NCBI GenBank assembly: GCA_965219535.1
Contig: CBDCNV010000002.1
Coordinates: 810,001-842,000, forward strand
Source: Opitutales bacterium
GTDB taxonomy: Bacteria > Verrucomicrobiota > Verrucomicrobiia > Opitutales > PNEW01
Reading direction: 5' to 3'
DNA: 32,000 nt
Shown here: positions 1 through 9,723 of the stretch, one piece after another
How the letters are laid out: each line of letters starts with the position of its first letter
Numbering within the stretch: position 1 is the stretch's first letter
The notes under the pieces: model-generated
Databases searched by the model: none
Seen by the model: the letters and a program-made list of their open reading frames with translations, nothing else
What the model was told of the DNA's origin: nothing
Program-made: the position numbers and the translations under genes

Positions 1-650
1 GTCTGGATAAAAAGTTTTACGATAGCGAATGGTGTAAAAGAGAAGCTTACGCGATCGAAGATTCTAAACAGTTGAGCGCGGTTCAAAGAGAAAACTTATT
101 TGCCGAGTTTAAGATGCTTAAAAAGAAAGGTCTTATTGATGCTGAGGTGGGTATCGCCTCGGTCGAGCAAATTGAAAAGCACAATATTCTTGGAGCAACC
201 CGAATAGCGATGCAACAAGCGGTGGAAGGTATCGCCTCACATAAAGATAAAACGGTTTCGCTTCCTTCAATTGAGAAAGAAGACAATCTATTCCATGAAG
301 AGGCGATAGAGGGCGATGTCCCTCCCTCTCGCAATTGCATCATGGTTGATGGAAGACCCTTGCGTCCGTTTCCCTACAGCCATGTTGCTGTTGTCGCTGG
401 AGACGCGAAGTCGCTCGTAATTGCAATGGCATCGATTATCGCAAAAGTTACACGAGACACGTTGATGATGGAAATCGATCGCAACTATCCTCAATACGGA
501 TTTGCCCACCATAAAGGCTATGGAACAACCCGTCATCAAGCGGCCATTTTAAACGAAGGGCTAACACCGGTCCACCGGGTCCTTTTTCTGAGAAAGCTTT
601 TTAAAACTGACAGCCAGGAAAATCAGGCTGTTTTAGAATTAATTTCTTAA
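1..650 (+). CDS. rnhB: Ribonuclease HII, 5' end outside the window
   Basis: The frame is open from nt 3 to the stop at 650, so the listed TTG at 72 is internal. RNase HII motifs are present: DSKQLS, MVDG, ASIIAKVTRD, YPQYGFAHHKGYGT. Confidence 0.85.
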   Translation, partial: LDKKFYDSEWCKREAYAIEDSKQLSAVQRENLFAEFKMLKKKGLIDAEVGIASVEQIEKHNILGATRIAMQQAVEGIASHKDKTVSLPSIEKEDNLFHEEAIEGDVPPSRNCIMVDGRPLRPFPYSHVAVVAGDAKSLVIAMASIIAKVTRDTLMMEIDRNYPQYGFAHHKGYGTTRHQAAILNEGLTPVHRVLFLRKLFKTDSQENQAVLELIS

Positions 651-669
651 AGTTACCGGGTAAAGAGGA

Positions 670-3540
670 GTGGACAGTATTATAAGTTCACTTTATAAAT
701 GCCCGATGAGCTTACTGAAATCACCATTCATATTATATGTCGTAATTTCAGTTTTTGTGACGGTTGAGGGAGCGACTTTAAACAATAAGGTTCTTGTGCA
801 TGGGGGCTTTGATGATTTTTCAATGGGTCACTTCGATAACGGTGGTGGAAACCTTTATGTTAATGCCAATGGCGTTATCGAAACCATTCACCGATGGGAT
901 GTTAATAATGACGGTTTCACCGATATTATGTTCGCAAATTCTGAAGAGCATGGTGAACGTGGCCCGACGCGGGTATTCAGTGTAGATCCAAAGAAGGAAA
1001 GAGATTGTGAATACCAGGACCTATCGGGATTAAGCGGTTACAGCAGCAAAGTTGTCGATCTCGATAAAGATGGATACAATGACCTGGTGGTGGCTAACGC
1101 GGATAATGGGATAAATAGTGAGATAGACTCTTACATCTATTGGGGGGGACCAGAAGGGCCGGAGGCAGAGCGAACGGATTTACCGACGATTGGCGCTTAT
1201 GATGTCGCGGTTATCGACATCAATCGCGACGGGTCCCTGGATCTGGTTTTTCCCTCTTCGTGGAAGGATCGTCATAATATTGCAAATCCTATTCTAGCCC
1301 ACGTTTATTTAAGTAATAAAGACCGACAGTTCACCGATGCTACAGAGCAATACAAGATTGTATGCATCGGGACGATGGGTATCGCGACTGGTGATCTTAA
1401 TAGCGATGGGTACACTGACCTGGTGTTAGCTAATAAAAGGCATATATATGATAAGCATACAGATTCATTTATCTATTGGGGCAATGAAGAATCCTTTGAG
1501 ACGGAAAATCCTCTTCGACTGCCCACCTATGATGCAGAAAACGTGCTGATTGCAGATTTGAATGATGACACGTGTGAGGACATCATTTTTTCGGGTAATA
1601 GTGAGGGGAGGATATTCTGGAATGACGATGGAAACTTCAGCGCTGAAAGCTATACAATTATCAAAAATGATAGGGACAATTCTGCGAAAGAACAGCATCT
1701 GGGATCGGGTGCCATCACCGGTCGAAAGGTAGCGCATTGTGCCGCGGCCGATATTCATGGCAGGGGTGATAATAATTTAATCGTCGCGACGGCGAGTGGG
1801 GTTGAAATTCGCTCGAGCAGTGATGTTGAAAAGGTTGAGACACTTATTCCTCTCACGAATCTCAGCCGGGTATCAGCGGGTGACCTTAATGACGATGGCT
1901 GGTTGGATCTCATTGTCAGCCGTAGCAATGATGGCTATACTTCGGACACCGAATCCGCGATATTCTGGAATCGGGGAGGGAAGTTTTCGATCGAAGAAGC
2001 GAGCTGGGTGCCATCGGGTAAGCCCATCGGTAATACCCATGGAGATCTAAATAATGACGGGGTTCCTGAAGTAATTTTTAACAGCTTTGGGAGTGGACGG
2101 ATAAATGGAACGGACAGTTTTATCTACCTGGGAAATGGAGAAGGAGATTACAGTGTGAATCGACGTATCGATTTACCCCGGCATGAAACTTATGATAGCT
2201 GTATGGTTGATCTCAATCTGGATGGTTTCACCGACGTCATTTTAGCGGGCTGTGACCTCGACTTTTCGCGCATATTTTATGGCAACCAGGATGGACCCTC
2301 CGCATCCGAATATGTCGATATCGATAATATTAACAGCACGGTCACCAGTATGGATGTGGCCGATCTTAATCGCGATGGCTATCTGGATTTTATAACAAAC
2401 GGTGTCGTCTACGACACCAAACCGGAAACTTTAAATAAATCGTCGACCATTTTCTATGGGAGCAGTGATGGCTTTTCAACCGAACGCTCAGAGCGGATCG
2501 CGAATTATGGGTTTGGCATTCATCTCGCAGACATTAATCGGGATGGATTTATCGACGCATTGTTCAGTGATAAACGTCATTATATCCAAGTATATATAGG
2601 TAATAAAAATGGTTACTCTCAGGATAAGACGTTGCAGATTCCCTGCCCCATACCGGGAAGAATTAATACCGCGGATTTAAATGACGATGGATGGCTAGAC
2701 CTGATTATAAGCCAATCATCGCATCGTGTCAGGCGGGAAGAAAATTTTACGGTTATGTATAGTAACGAAGGCGAGTATTCACTGGAAAATGCTCAAACTT
2801 TTAAACAAGGAATATCCGTGATTGATACGGCGGTTGCAGACTTTAATAGGGATGGACATTTAGATTTATTAGCGTCGGCATATTCATCGCCTACGACACG
2901 TGTTATCCCGGCTACATTGCATTGGGGAAATGGACAGAACTTGGACTTGGAACATACGGTTGAGTTTCCAGCTAATTCCTCAGCCGGTGTTACGGCCATG
3001 GATTTTAATCGCGATGGGTGGCTTGACATTGCGATCGCCAATCATCGTGACGAAGCTTCACATAAAACATTATCCTTTATCTATTGGAACGGCGCTGAAG
3101 GTTTTTCCCCCCTGGATCCCGACCGTATCACCCCGTTACCTGCCGCGGGCCCCCATGGCATGACCTGTCGCGATTTTGGAAACGGCTACACCCGGAAACC
3201 TGAAGAATCCTATCTTTCACCACCGTTTAAGATTAATAAGAACACGCCGAATATTATTCATTGGGATGCGGAAGTCCCAACTCCCACCAAATTAATATTC
3301 CAATTACGATCAGCATCGACGAAAGAACAATTGATTGATACCCCTTGGAGAGGGCCGAATGGCACAGGATCCTACTATGAGAAATCAGGACAAAAAATAA
3401 GTGGGATCGATGCTGTAGATGCAGAGTGGTTTCAATATAAAGCGACATTAGTCTCACCGAATGGCTGTAAGTCACCGAAGTTGCGAGAAGTACGATTCGA
3501 CTTAAATACATTTTCTAACCACGCGCGTAAAAAAATATAA
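670..3540 (+). CDS. Secreted FG-GAP/VCBS repeat protein (integrin-alpha-like beta-propeller repeats)
   Basis: 956-aa ORF with a signal-like N-terminus (LLKSPFILYVVISVFVTVEGA). It carries about 14 copies of the Dx[ND]xDGxxD[LIV] motif (DVNNDGFTDI, DLDKDGYNDL, DINRDGSLDL, DLNSDGYTDL, DLNDDGWLDL twice, DFNRDGHLDL, DFNRDGWLDI and others). The start is ambiguous: GTG at 670 or ATG at 706. Confidence 0.8.
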   Translation: MDSIISSLYKCPMSLLKSPFILYVVISVFVTVEGATLNNKVLVHGGFDDFSMGHFDNGGGNLYVNANGVIETIHRWDVNNDGFTDIMFANSEEHGERGPTRVFSVDPKKERDCEYQDLSGLSGYSSKVVDLDKDGYNDLVVANADNGINSEIDSYIYWGGPEGPEAERTDLPTIGAYDVAVIDINRDGSLDLVFPSSWKDRHNIANPILAHVYLSNKDRQFTDATEQYKIVCIGTMGIATGDLNSDGYTDLVLANKRHIYDKHTDSFIYWGNEESFETENPLRLPTYDAENVLIADLNDDTCEDIIFSGNSEGRIFWNDDGNFSAESYTIIKNDRDNSAKEQHLGSGAITGRKVAHCAAADIHGRGDNNLIVATASGVEIRSSSDVEKVETLIPLTNLSRVSAGDLNDDGWLDLIVSRSNDGYTSDTESAIFWNRGGKFSIEEASWVPSGKPIGNTHGDLNNDGVPEVIFNSFGSGRINGTDSFIYLGNGEGDYSVNRRIDLPRHETYDSCMVDLNLDGFTDVILAGCDLDFSRIFYGNQDGPSASEYVDIDNINSTVTSMDVADLNRDGYLDFITNGVVYDTKPETLNKSSTIFYGSSDGFSTERSERIANYGFGIHLADINRDGFIDALFSDKRHYIQVYIGNKNGYSQDKTLQIPCPIPGRINTADLNDDGWLDLIISQSSHRVRREENFTVMYSNEGEYSLENAQTFKQGISVIDTAVADFNRDGHLDLLASAYSSPTTRVIPATLHWGNGQNLDLEHTVEFPANSSAGVTAMDFNRDGWLDIAIANHRDEASHKTLSFIYWNGAEGFSPLDPDRITPLPAAGPHGMTCRDFGNGYTRKPEESYLSPPFKINKNTPNIIHWDAEVPTPTKLIFQLRSASTKEQLIDTPWRGPNGTGSYYEKSGQKISGIDAVDAEWFQYKATLVSPNGCKSPKLREVRFDLNTFSNHARKKI

Positions 3541-3625
3541 CTTTATATGAAGACCGTTATCTTTCCCCATACTGTCAGGAAAAGTAACGCGGTGATAGAA
3601 TATTTTTTTAATAGATTTTATCAGG

Positions 3626-3976
3626 ATGAAAATACTATTTGTTGAAGACGAAAAAGAGCTGAATGAAATTGGAACGGAGCAAATGAGGTCCAAAGGGCAT
3701 GAAGTTTGGCAAGCTTATACTGTAGAGGAAGCCCGCGCCTTGTTGGAATCAGAAGGCGATTCAATCGATTTACTAATAGCCGATCATCAACTGCCGGATG
3801 GAGAAGGCATCCAATTGGTTATGGAAGTCAGAGCGCATAAACCTTCAATAAAAGTTACCATTGTATCGGCCTATTTACACCAGATGGAGATGGAGATATT
3901 GCAGAATGAGAGCATACCCTTTTTTCATAAACCTGTTCTCTACTCGGATGTTTTAAAGAAATTTTGTGTATCATAA
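3626..3976 (+). CDS. Stand-alone response-regulator receiver domain (CheY-like)
   Basis: 116 aa. It has the acidic pocket FVEDE, phospho-acceptor context DLLIADHQLPDGEG, conserved Ser in TIVSAY and Lys-Pro in FHKP. There is no output domain. Confidence 0.85.
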   Translation: MKILFVEDEKELNEIGTEQMRSKGHEVWQAYTVEEARALLESEGDSIDLLIADHQLPDGEGIQLVMEVRAHKPSIKVTIVSAYLHQMEMEILQNESIPFFHKPVLYSDVLKKFCVS

Positions 3977-4016
3977 ATGGGTATACGATGGGCGACCTTA
4001 TTTCTAACGGGATAAG

Positions 4017-5153
4017 TTAATGGAATTTTTCGAAAGCGCCATCAGCCCGTTTGGCCAGAACCCGCTTAAGTTCAAGCATCATTAACCCACTGGCTACATC
4101 GCTTTGAGACAATTGAGTTAAATCAGCGATCCCGTCCGCGTAATGGGCAGAACCATCGTCGAAGCAATGGGCGATTTTACTCTCCAACGGATCGAGTTCG
4201 GGGAGCACATTTTTTGCCCTCGCTTCACTATTTGCTAACCCGGCATAGGGAAGTTCAAGCTGACCGCTCAACCGTAGTTCCTCAATAACATCCTCAGTTG
4301 AATTCAAGAGGGTAGCGCCATCGCGTAACAATTGATGGCAACCCTGGCTCGCGGCCTGGTCTATGTGCCCGGGAACAGCGAATATCAATCGCCCTTGTTC
4401 CCCTGTAAATCGCGCGGTGATCATACTGCCGCCATTTACATTGCTTTCCACGACAATCGTAGCGAGGCAAATTCCTGATATGACACGATTGCGCATTGGA
4501 AATGATTGTTTGTCCGCGCGTCGGCCAAAGGGAAATTCACTGACAATCGCACCGCTCTTAACAATTCGTCGGTAAAGATCAAGATTTTCAGGGGGGTAGA
4601 TAATATCAAGTCCACAACCCAGGACAGCCACCGTTTTCCCGTTAGCTTCTAATGCGCCTTCATGCGCTTCGCTGTCTATACCGCGCGCCAATCCACTTAC
4701 GATACAAAAGCCCATTTGCGCGAGTTCGCGGGCTAATTTTTTTGCTACTCCTCTTCCGTAGAGAGTGGGTCGACGCGTACCGACAATGGCAATGGAAGGT
4801 TGAGCAATGCGGTAGTCACCAAGAAAATAAAGGCAGATCGGGGGATCGTAAATTTCCTTCAACATCGGCGGATAGTCCGTTTCCCGAAAATTGACATTAG
4901 AGGCCCCGTGTTTCTCTAGTAATGATTCTTCTTTTACCAGGTCAAAACGTTCACGCCAGTGGGTGACGGTATCGGCAATGACATCACTTACCCCCTTAAC
5001 CCCGAGCAAATCTTTTCTCGTTGCATTCAATATGGCAACGGCATCATTCTCAAAGTGGTCCAGTAAATGTTTAAGGGTGACGGGTCCAATGTTCGGTAAC
5101 CCGTTTAAGACGAATAATGCGCGTCTTTGATCCAAGTCATCCCCCGTTTTCAT
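4017..5153 (-). CDS. dprA: DNA-processing protein DprA/Smf
   Basis: 378 aa with a Rossmann-like DprA core: IAIVGTRRPTLYG, SGLARGIDSEAHEGAL, VLGCGLDIIYPPEN, PMRNRVISG. Confidence 0.85.
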   Translation of the reverse strand: MKTGDDLDQRRALFVLNGLPNIGPVTLKHLLDHFENDAVAILNATRKDLLGVKGVSDVIADTVTHWRERFDLVKEESLLEKHGASNVNFRETDYPPMLKEIYDPPICLYFLGDYRIAQPSIAIVGTRRPTLYGRGVAKKLARELAQMGFCIVSGLARGIDSEAHEGALEANGKTVAVLGCGLDIIYPPENLDLYRRIVKSGAIVSEFPFGRRADKQSFPMRNRVISGICLATIVVESNVNGGSMITARFTGEQGRLIFAVPGHIDQAASQGCHQLLRDGATLLNSTEDVIEELRLSGQLELPYAGLANSEARAKNVLPELDPLESKIAHCFDDGSAHYADGIADLTQLSQSDVASGLMMLELKRVLAKRADGAFEKFH

Positions 5154-5179
5154 TTTAAGCTATCAAAGATTGAAAAAAT

Positions 5180-6739
5180 TCATTGCCGCAAGACGACGGC
5201 AAGATAATCTAAAATCTCAGTAGTTTGCACCGCGACATGGCCTCGGTCACGTGCCAGTGCATCGGCAGCCACGCCATGTAAAACCGCTGCCCGACAAGTT
5301 GCTTCGAGAGGATCGACTCCCGGTCGGGCGAGCATACTTCCAATTAAACCGCAGAGGATGTCCCCACTGCCGCCCCGCGCCAGTAGGGGTCCGCCAAAGG
5401 TACTATAAATAAAGTGCGGCCCATCGCAAATGCGCGTTATGGGCCCTTTCAATAAGGTAATAAGGTTATGATTACGGCAGAATTCAATAAGTGTATTCGG
5501 ATCCGTATCCATGCTCTCAGACTGAGAAATTCGTTTAAATTCGCCTTGATGAGGTGTGATGACAACCCGCCCCCAATCACCTGATCGCTCTTGAGCCAAC
5601 TTTATGCTTTTGAGCTGGAGCGCATCTGCGTCGAGAGCCAGTGGCAATGAAATATCTTTTACCACGCGTTGAACGAGAAATTGGGTCTCTTCCTCTGTCC
5701 CCATACCCGGTCCAGCGAGTAAGGCAGTGGCGCGATTTAATTTCTTTTGAAGAAGATGAAATCCCTCTGCGGCGAGACCTCCATCGGATGTTTCAGGCCA
5801 GGGAACCCACATCGCCTCCGGGATGACAGCGGCAAAAGAAGCGGACACCGACTCCGGGACGAATGCGGTTACTAAACCGGCCCCGCTTCGTAAAGCGGCG
5901 ACAACGCTCATTTGAATGGCACCGGGCATCGAGCGTGAACCTCCGAGAACAAAGAGATGACCATAAGAGCGTTTATCGGTTGCCGGTTCGCGCAGTCCGC
6001 GAAGGGAGTTCAATACATTCACCGTTAGAACAGACGCGCCATTTTCTGTTTCCGCATCCTGATCAAAAAAACCAATATCGAGATAACGAACGCGGCCGAC
6101 AAATTTTGAGTTTTCGAAATTAAAAAGCGGTGTTTTAGCAATACCTGTCGTGTAACTGAAGTCAGCACGAAAAACGATATCCGCACTTTCATCCCCGAGG
6201 CCACTGGGCAGATCAACAGCTGCACGTAAGCGGATGTTCGTCTTCTTGTTAACCCAATTGATGACGCTGTCAGCGGGTGACCGCAAGGGAGGGGTAAACT
6301 GCATGCCAAATAAACCGTCGATACAAATATCAAAGTTTACAGGATCGTTAAAGGGTGGTTTATCATCGTGCCAGTTTTCACGCGCAACCTGATCGCCTCC
6401 GGCTCTCTGTAAATTGTCGAGGCACCTTTGGGTAAGTGGGCGGAGCTTGCTTCCGCTGAAAACAAAGAGGATGATAATCTGGGCTTTATGACATTTCTGC
6501 AGTATTTCTTCAGCCGCGATTAAAGCGTCACCCGTATTATGACCTTTGCCCGCAAGGACGAGAATACGCGGGGATTCGGGAAGGGGCGCAATCTCCTGGA
6601 AGTCCTGCAATACGGCCTCACCGAGGGCGCGGCCAGCTTTTGTCATCGCCTCCCATTCTCTCGATTCATCACCGCCGAGCAGATCAATTTCGTATTTCTC
6701 CGACTCTTTGCAGGTCAATATCGGATGAGTAAAACTCAT
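5180..6739 (-). CDS. nnr: Bifunctional NAD(P)H-hydrate repair enzyme (epimerase plus ADP-dependent dehydratase, YjeF-type)
   Basis: 519 aa. The N-terminal YjeF_N motif is LAGKGHNTGDALIAA. The C-terminal carbohydrate-kinase-like domain ends in GGSGDILCGLIGSMLA. Confidence 0.85.
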   Translation of the reverse strand: MSFTHPILTCKESEKYEIDLLGGDESREWEAMTKAGRALGEAVLQDFQEIAPLPESPRILVLAGKGHNTGDALIAAEEILQKCHKAQIIILFVFSGSKLRPLTQRCLDNLQRAGGDQVARENWHDDKPPFNDPVNFDICIDGLFGMQFTPPLRSPADSVINWVNKKTNIRLRAAVDLPSGLGDESADIVFRADFSYTTGIAKTPLFNFENSKFVGRVRYLDIGFFDQDAETENGASVLTVNVLNSLRGLREPATDKRSYGHLFVLGGSRSMPGAIQMSVVAALRSGAGLVTAFVPESVSASFAAVIPEAMWVPWPETSDGGLAAEGFHLLQKKLNRATALLAGPGMGTEEETQFLVQRVVKDISLPLALDADALQLKSIKLAQERSGDWGRVVITPHQGEFKRISQSESMDTDPNTLIEFCRNHNLITLLKGPITRICDGPHFIYSTFGGPLLARGGSGDILCGLIGSMLARPGVDPLEATCRAAVLHGVAADALARDRGHVAVQTTEILDYLAVVLRQ

Positions 6740-6793
6740 AACTGGAAATGCTGATCCTGGTTGGGGAAAATGACAAGAATTCTCGTTTTAAAA

Positions 6794-7354
6794 TTACGAA
6801 TCAACCTGATCGTTAATACGTAAAACAAGAGCATCTGCCTTTTTCTGATTGTTAATCTCAATGACATCAAGATGTGAAAATTCAGGTTTTTTGAAGTATC
6901 GAGGATATCTTTTTCGTTTACTGTTTTTGCCGAAATTGGATTTAATAACCCAGAGTATGATGGAATCGGTGCTTAAAAAAGCGCGCTTAAATGACTCGCG
7001 GTTACCTGAGTACATTATTTCTTTGTAGAAGACACGTTTTGAGGTACGGAATAGCGCTCGCCAAAAAAGGACCGGAAAAGAATAATTCAACCAGATTATC
7101 GTGGTAGCTCTACGCCAGACAAGGTCGCGGACCGCACTATAATTACCATCGGCAACCCACTGTTCATCGGCGATCGCTTTGCTTGTTAATTCTCTAAATT
7201 CTTCGCATTCGCGGGAAACCCAATCCTCTTTCCAATGAATGGCATCCAGTTCAATATGAGTTACCTTTAATTTTTCAGCTAATACTTTAGCTAGGGTAGT
7301 CTTTCCTGCACATGAAGACCCAATGACAACGATCCGTGATGTATCTTGTATCAT
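6794..7354 (-). CDS. P-loop NTPase, adenylate-kinase/topology-modulation (FlaR)-like
   Basis: 186 aa. The Walker A motif VVIGSSCAGKTTLAK is at the N-terminus, and the size matches small nucleotide-kinase-like proteins. The exact function is not inferable. Confidence 0.6.
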   Translation of the reverse strand: MIQDTSRIVVIGSSCAGKTTLAKVLAEKLKVTHIELDAIHWKEDWVSRECEEFRELTSKAIADEQWVADGNYSAVRDLVWRRATTIIWLNYSFPVLFWRALFRTSKRVFYKEIMYSGNRESFKRAFLSTDSIILWVIKSNFGKNSKRKRYPRYFKKPEFSHLDVIEINNQKKADALVLRINDQVDS

Positions 7355-7413
7355 CGGGAGTTGTTCATCTGGGTACCTTTTTGTGTATAGCCTGTCATTG
7401 CCTTTCCATTATC

Positions 7414-7472
7414 TGGAGGGCCACGCGGTGCCTGTCGGCCATAGCCCAAAGGGCGACGGTTGATCGTGGGCG
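7414..7472. repeat. Left arm of an imperfect inverted repeat (GC-rich)
   Basis: The sequence tggagggccacgcggtgcctgtcggccatagcccaaagggcgacggttgatcgtgggcg pairs with the reverse complement of 7591-7644. Matching blocks are TGGAG, TGCCTG, GCCATAGCC, GCGA-GGTTG-TC. Confidence 0.7.
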
Positions 7473-7590
7473 TTATAATTATTAACGGCTAATTGGAATG
7501 ATCGTTAATCTCAAACTTTAAAGCAGCCACGAGAGTGACTTCCGCCTCGATAATAGAAGTAAAGAGTTTGATTAATTATCAATATTAAGT

Positions 7591-7644
7591 GCGCTGGGGA
7601 CCAACCTTCGCCAAGGCTATGGCTGGCAGGCAGCCCGCTCCACC
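7591..7644. repeat. Right arm of an imperfect inverted repeat (GC-rich)
   Basis: The sequence gcgctggggaccaaccttcgccaaggctatggctggcaggcagcccgctccacc is the inverted partner of 7414-7472. The two arms flank an AT-rich core of about 118 bp. Confidence 0.7.
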
Positions 7645-7680
7645 TAAATCTATTCGTATAAAGCGAAATATATTAAAAAA

Positions 7681-8028
7681 TCAGCCGGGCGGCCAGGTTA
7701 ATTGCCGACCGCCGAGAAGGTGGACGTGAAGATGAGGGATAGATTCTCCCCCGTGAGCGCCGTTATTTATCACCAGGCGAAATCCTGTCTCCAACTGACA
7801 TTTTTTAGCCAGGTCGCGTCCTATTAGCAGGAGGTGACCGAGTGTTTCCCCATCTTCATCCATAGCTTCACTGACGCGCGCAATGGGTTTCTTGGGGATA
7901 ATCAAGAGGTGAGTCGGTGCTTGGGGATTGAGATCGTGAATGGCAATACATTGCTCATCTTCATACTCTACATTCGCGGGAATTTCACGCGCGATAATTT
8001 TTTCAAAAAGGGTCTTTTCTCCTGCCAT
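7681..8028 (-). CDS. HIT-family (histidine triad) nucleotide-binding protein
   Basis: 115 aa with the canonical histidine triad HLHVHLLGG near the C-terminus. The N-terminus FEKIIAREIPA is typical of the Hint branch. Confidence 0.85.
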   Translation of the reverse strand: MAGEKTLFEKIIAREIPANVEYEDEQCIAIHDLNPQAPTHLLIIPKKPIARVSEAMDEDGETLGHLLLIGRDLAKKCQLETGFRLVINNGAHGGESIPHLHVHLLGGRQLTWPPG

Positions 8029-8053
8029 GAGTAAGAGGGAAAATGATTGAAGA

Positions 8054-8524
8054 TCAAAGATAGACGAGATTCAGGATAGTAGAAGAATTTATTCTTTTCG
8101 CGGCCAACTGATCGATATAAGAAAGGGCTTCCGTATATTGTTTCCGTATACGATGGGTCCAGTATTTTCCGTTCGGGCAGAGGGCGGGTCGCAGACCCGA
8201 TATTAGAAGCAGTGCTTTTTCATAACCCACCAGTTGTTTGAGTGCGCATTTGACTTCTTCCTGAATCCAAAGCGGTTCAAAAGTATTTCGGCTTAGATCG
8301 AGGTGAAAGAAGCCTCGCGACAAAGGATGTTTTTCATGAGCCTGTAGTACTCTTATTGCGGCGCTGACAAAATTTTCGATCGTGGCGGAACAGTTATGTG
8401 AACCGGTAAGGGAAAAATTAATAGCCGACTTAACCTGCTCCGTGAAATACTGATCATATAAATGCATCGGCCCCAGGAGTGTATGTAAGCAGTGGGTTTT
8501 TGTCAGTTCGTCCAAATTATTCAT
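8054..8524 (-). CDS. Hypothetical protein, no recognisable motif
   Basis: 156-aa ORF. Its ATG (8524-8522) overlaps the nrdR stop (8519-8517) in an ATGAATAA arrangement, and it ends 25 bp before the HIT gene. This operon context supports it as a real gene. Confidence 0.5.
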   Translation of the reverse strand: MNNLDELTKTHCLHTLLGPMHLYDQYFTEQVKSAINFSLTGSHNCSATIENFVSAAIRVLQAHEKHPLSRGFFHLDLSRNTFEPLWIQEEVKCALKQLVGYEKALLLISGLRPALCPNGKYWTHRIRKQYTEALSYIDQLAAKRINSSTILNLVYL

Positions 8525-8975
8525 TTTTCAATTCCAGATCCGATATCTCCTGGGCCAATTCAGAGAGGTCACGAAAATCTTTGTAAACACTGGCAAATCG
8601 CACATAGGCAATCTGGTCAATCGTTTTTAAGTTATTCATTACTTTTTCTCCGATTGCCCGACTGGGAATCTCCACATCGAATTCATTTTCGAGGTCAATT
8701 AAAAGATCGGAGATTATCATATTTATTTGTTCAAGATCGACCGGGCGTTTTTCACAGGCGCGCCGAATGCCGGTGAGTATTTTATTGCGGTCAAAGTCCT
8801 CTCGGCGCGAATCTCTTTTAATAACAATTATTCCCTCCCGGTGAATTTCTTCAATCGTGTTAAAACGATAACCGCATTCCGGACAATGCCGTCGACGACG
8901 GACGGTATGACCATTTTTTCCGATTCTTGAATCGACAACCCGCGTGTCACTGGCTGAACATTTGGGACATTGCAT
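8517..8975 (-). CDS. nrdR: Transcriptional repressor NrdR (zinc ribbon plus ATP-cone)
   Basis: 152 aa. It starts MQCPKC...DSR, has a second CPEC pair, and then an ATP-cone-like segment ([16 protein letters not shown]...). Confidence 0.9.
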   Translation of the reverse strand: MQCPKCSASDTRVVDSRIGKNGHTVRRRRHCPECGYRFNTIEEIHREGIIVIKRDSRREDFDRNKILTGIRRACEKRPVDLEQINMIISDLLIDLENEFDVEIPSRAIGEKVMNNLKTIDQIAYVRFASVYKDFRDLSELAQEISDLELKNE

Positions 8976-8988
8976 TTTTGATAAAGCG

Positions 8989-9552
8989 CTAAAGTTTCAG
9001 GAAATTTTCAAGTATCTTTATCCCGTTGATCGTGGCAAATGATTCAGGGTGAAATTGAACCCCCCATATTGGGTGCTCACGATGTTTGAAACCCATTATT
9101 TCTTTTTCCGAAGTTTCAGCAGTAATTTCCAGGCAATCAGGTAAGGAAGAGCGTTCAACAAGAAGCGAATGGTAACGGGTGGCGGAAAAAGGAGATTCCA
9201 TCCCCTGAAATAAAGCGGTTGAATCGTGTAAAATGGATGATGTTTTCCCATGCATGAGACGATCTGAGAGAACTATTTTACCTCCATAATGTTGTCCAAT
9301 ACACTGGTGACCGAGGCAGACACCGAGGACTGGAATTTTCCCCGCAAAAGCCTCAATCATTTCAATGCTGACACCCGCATCATCGGGGGTCCCGGGTCCG
9401 GGTGAAATAAGGATGCGCTCTGGACTGAGAGCGAGTGCAGAACTGGCGGTAAGTTCATTATTACGTACCACTTTTTGTTTCACCCCAAGCTGGCCAAAAT
9501 ATTGTACCAGGTTAAAAGTGAAGGAGTCAAAATTGTCGATCACCAGTAGCAT
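8989..9552 (-). CDS. Glutamine amidotransferase, component II of anthranilate/aminodeoxychorismate synthase (TrpG/PabA)
   Basis: 187 aa. The start [18 protein letters not shown], the catalytic Cys motif GVCLGHQ and the His-Glu motif VQFHPES are all present. Confidence 0.85.
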   Translation of the reverse strand: MLLVIDNFDSFTFNLVQYFGQLGVKQKVVRNNELTASSALALSPERILISPGPGTPDDAGVSIEMIEAFAGKIPVLGVCLGHQCIGQHYGGKIVLSDRLMHGKTSSILHDSTALFQGMESPFSATRYHSLLVERSSLPDCLEITAETSEKEIMGFKHREHPIWGVQFHPESFATINGIKILENFLKL

Positions 9553-9723
9553 TAAAAAAAAATTATCCTGTTAGTGAACAAAATTATAGTCAAGCCTGAG
9601 CGATAACTGTGGCAATTAATTATTAATTCAGAGATGAGCAGTTAAATAGGATTGTGTGATTACGACCTATTCTACTTGCTCTTTAATTATTGGAAGAATG
9701 CGCTTCTGATAATTTGATATTTA

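Noticed and set aside
7414-7644. Resemblance of the right arm (GGCTATGGCTGGCAGGCAGCCCGCTCCACC) and the core segment AAGCAGCCA to the 3' end and domain IV of bacterial 4.5S/SRP RNA.
   Set aside because: The apical region is AT-rich. It lacks the conserved GGAA tetraloop with flanking AGCA/GGUCC symmetric-loop context on either strand. The element is far longer than a 4.5S RNA hairpin.
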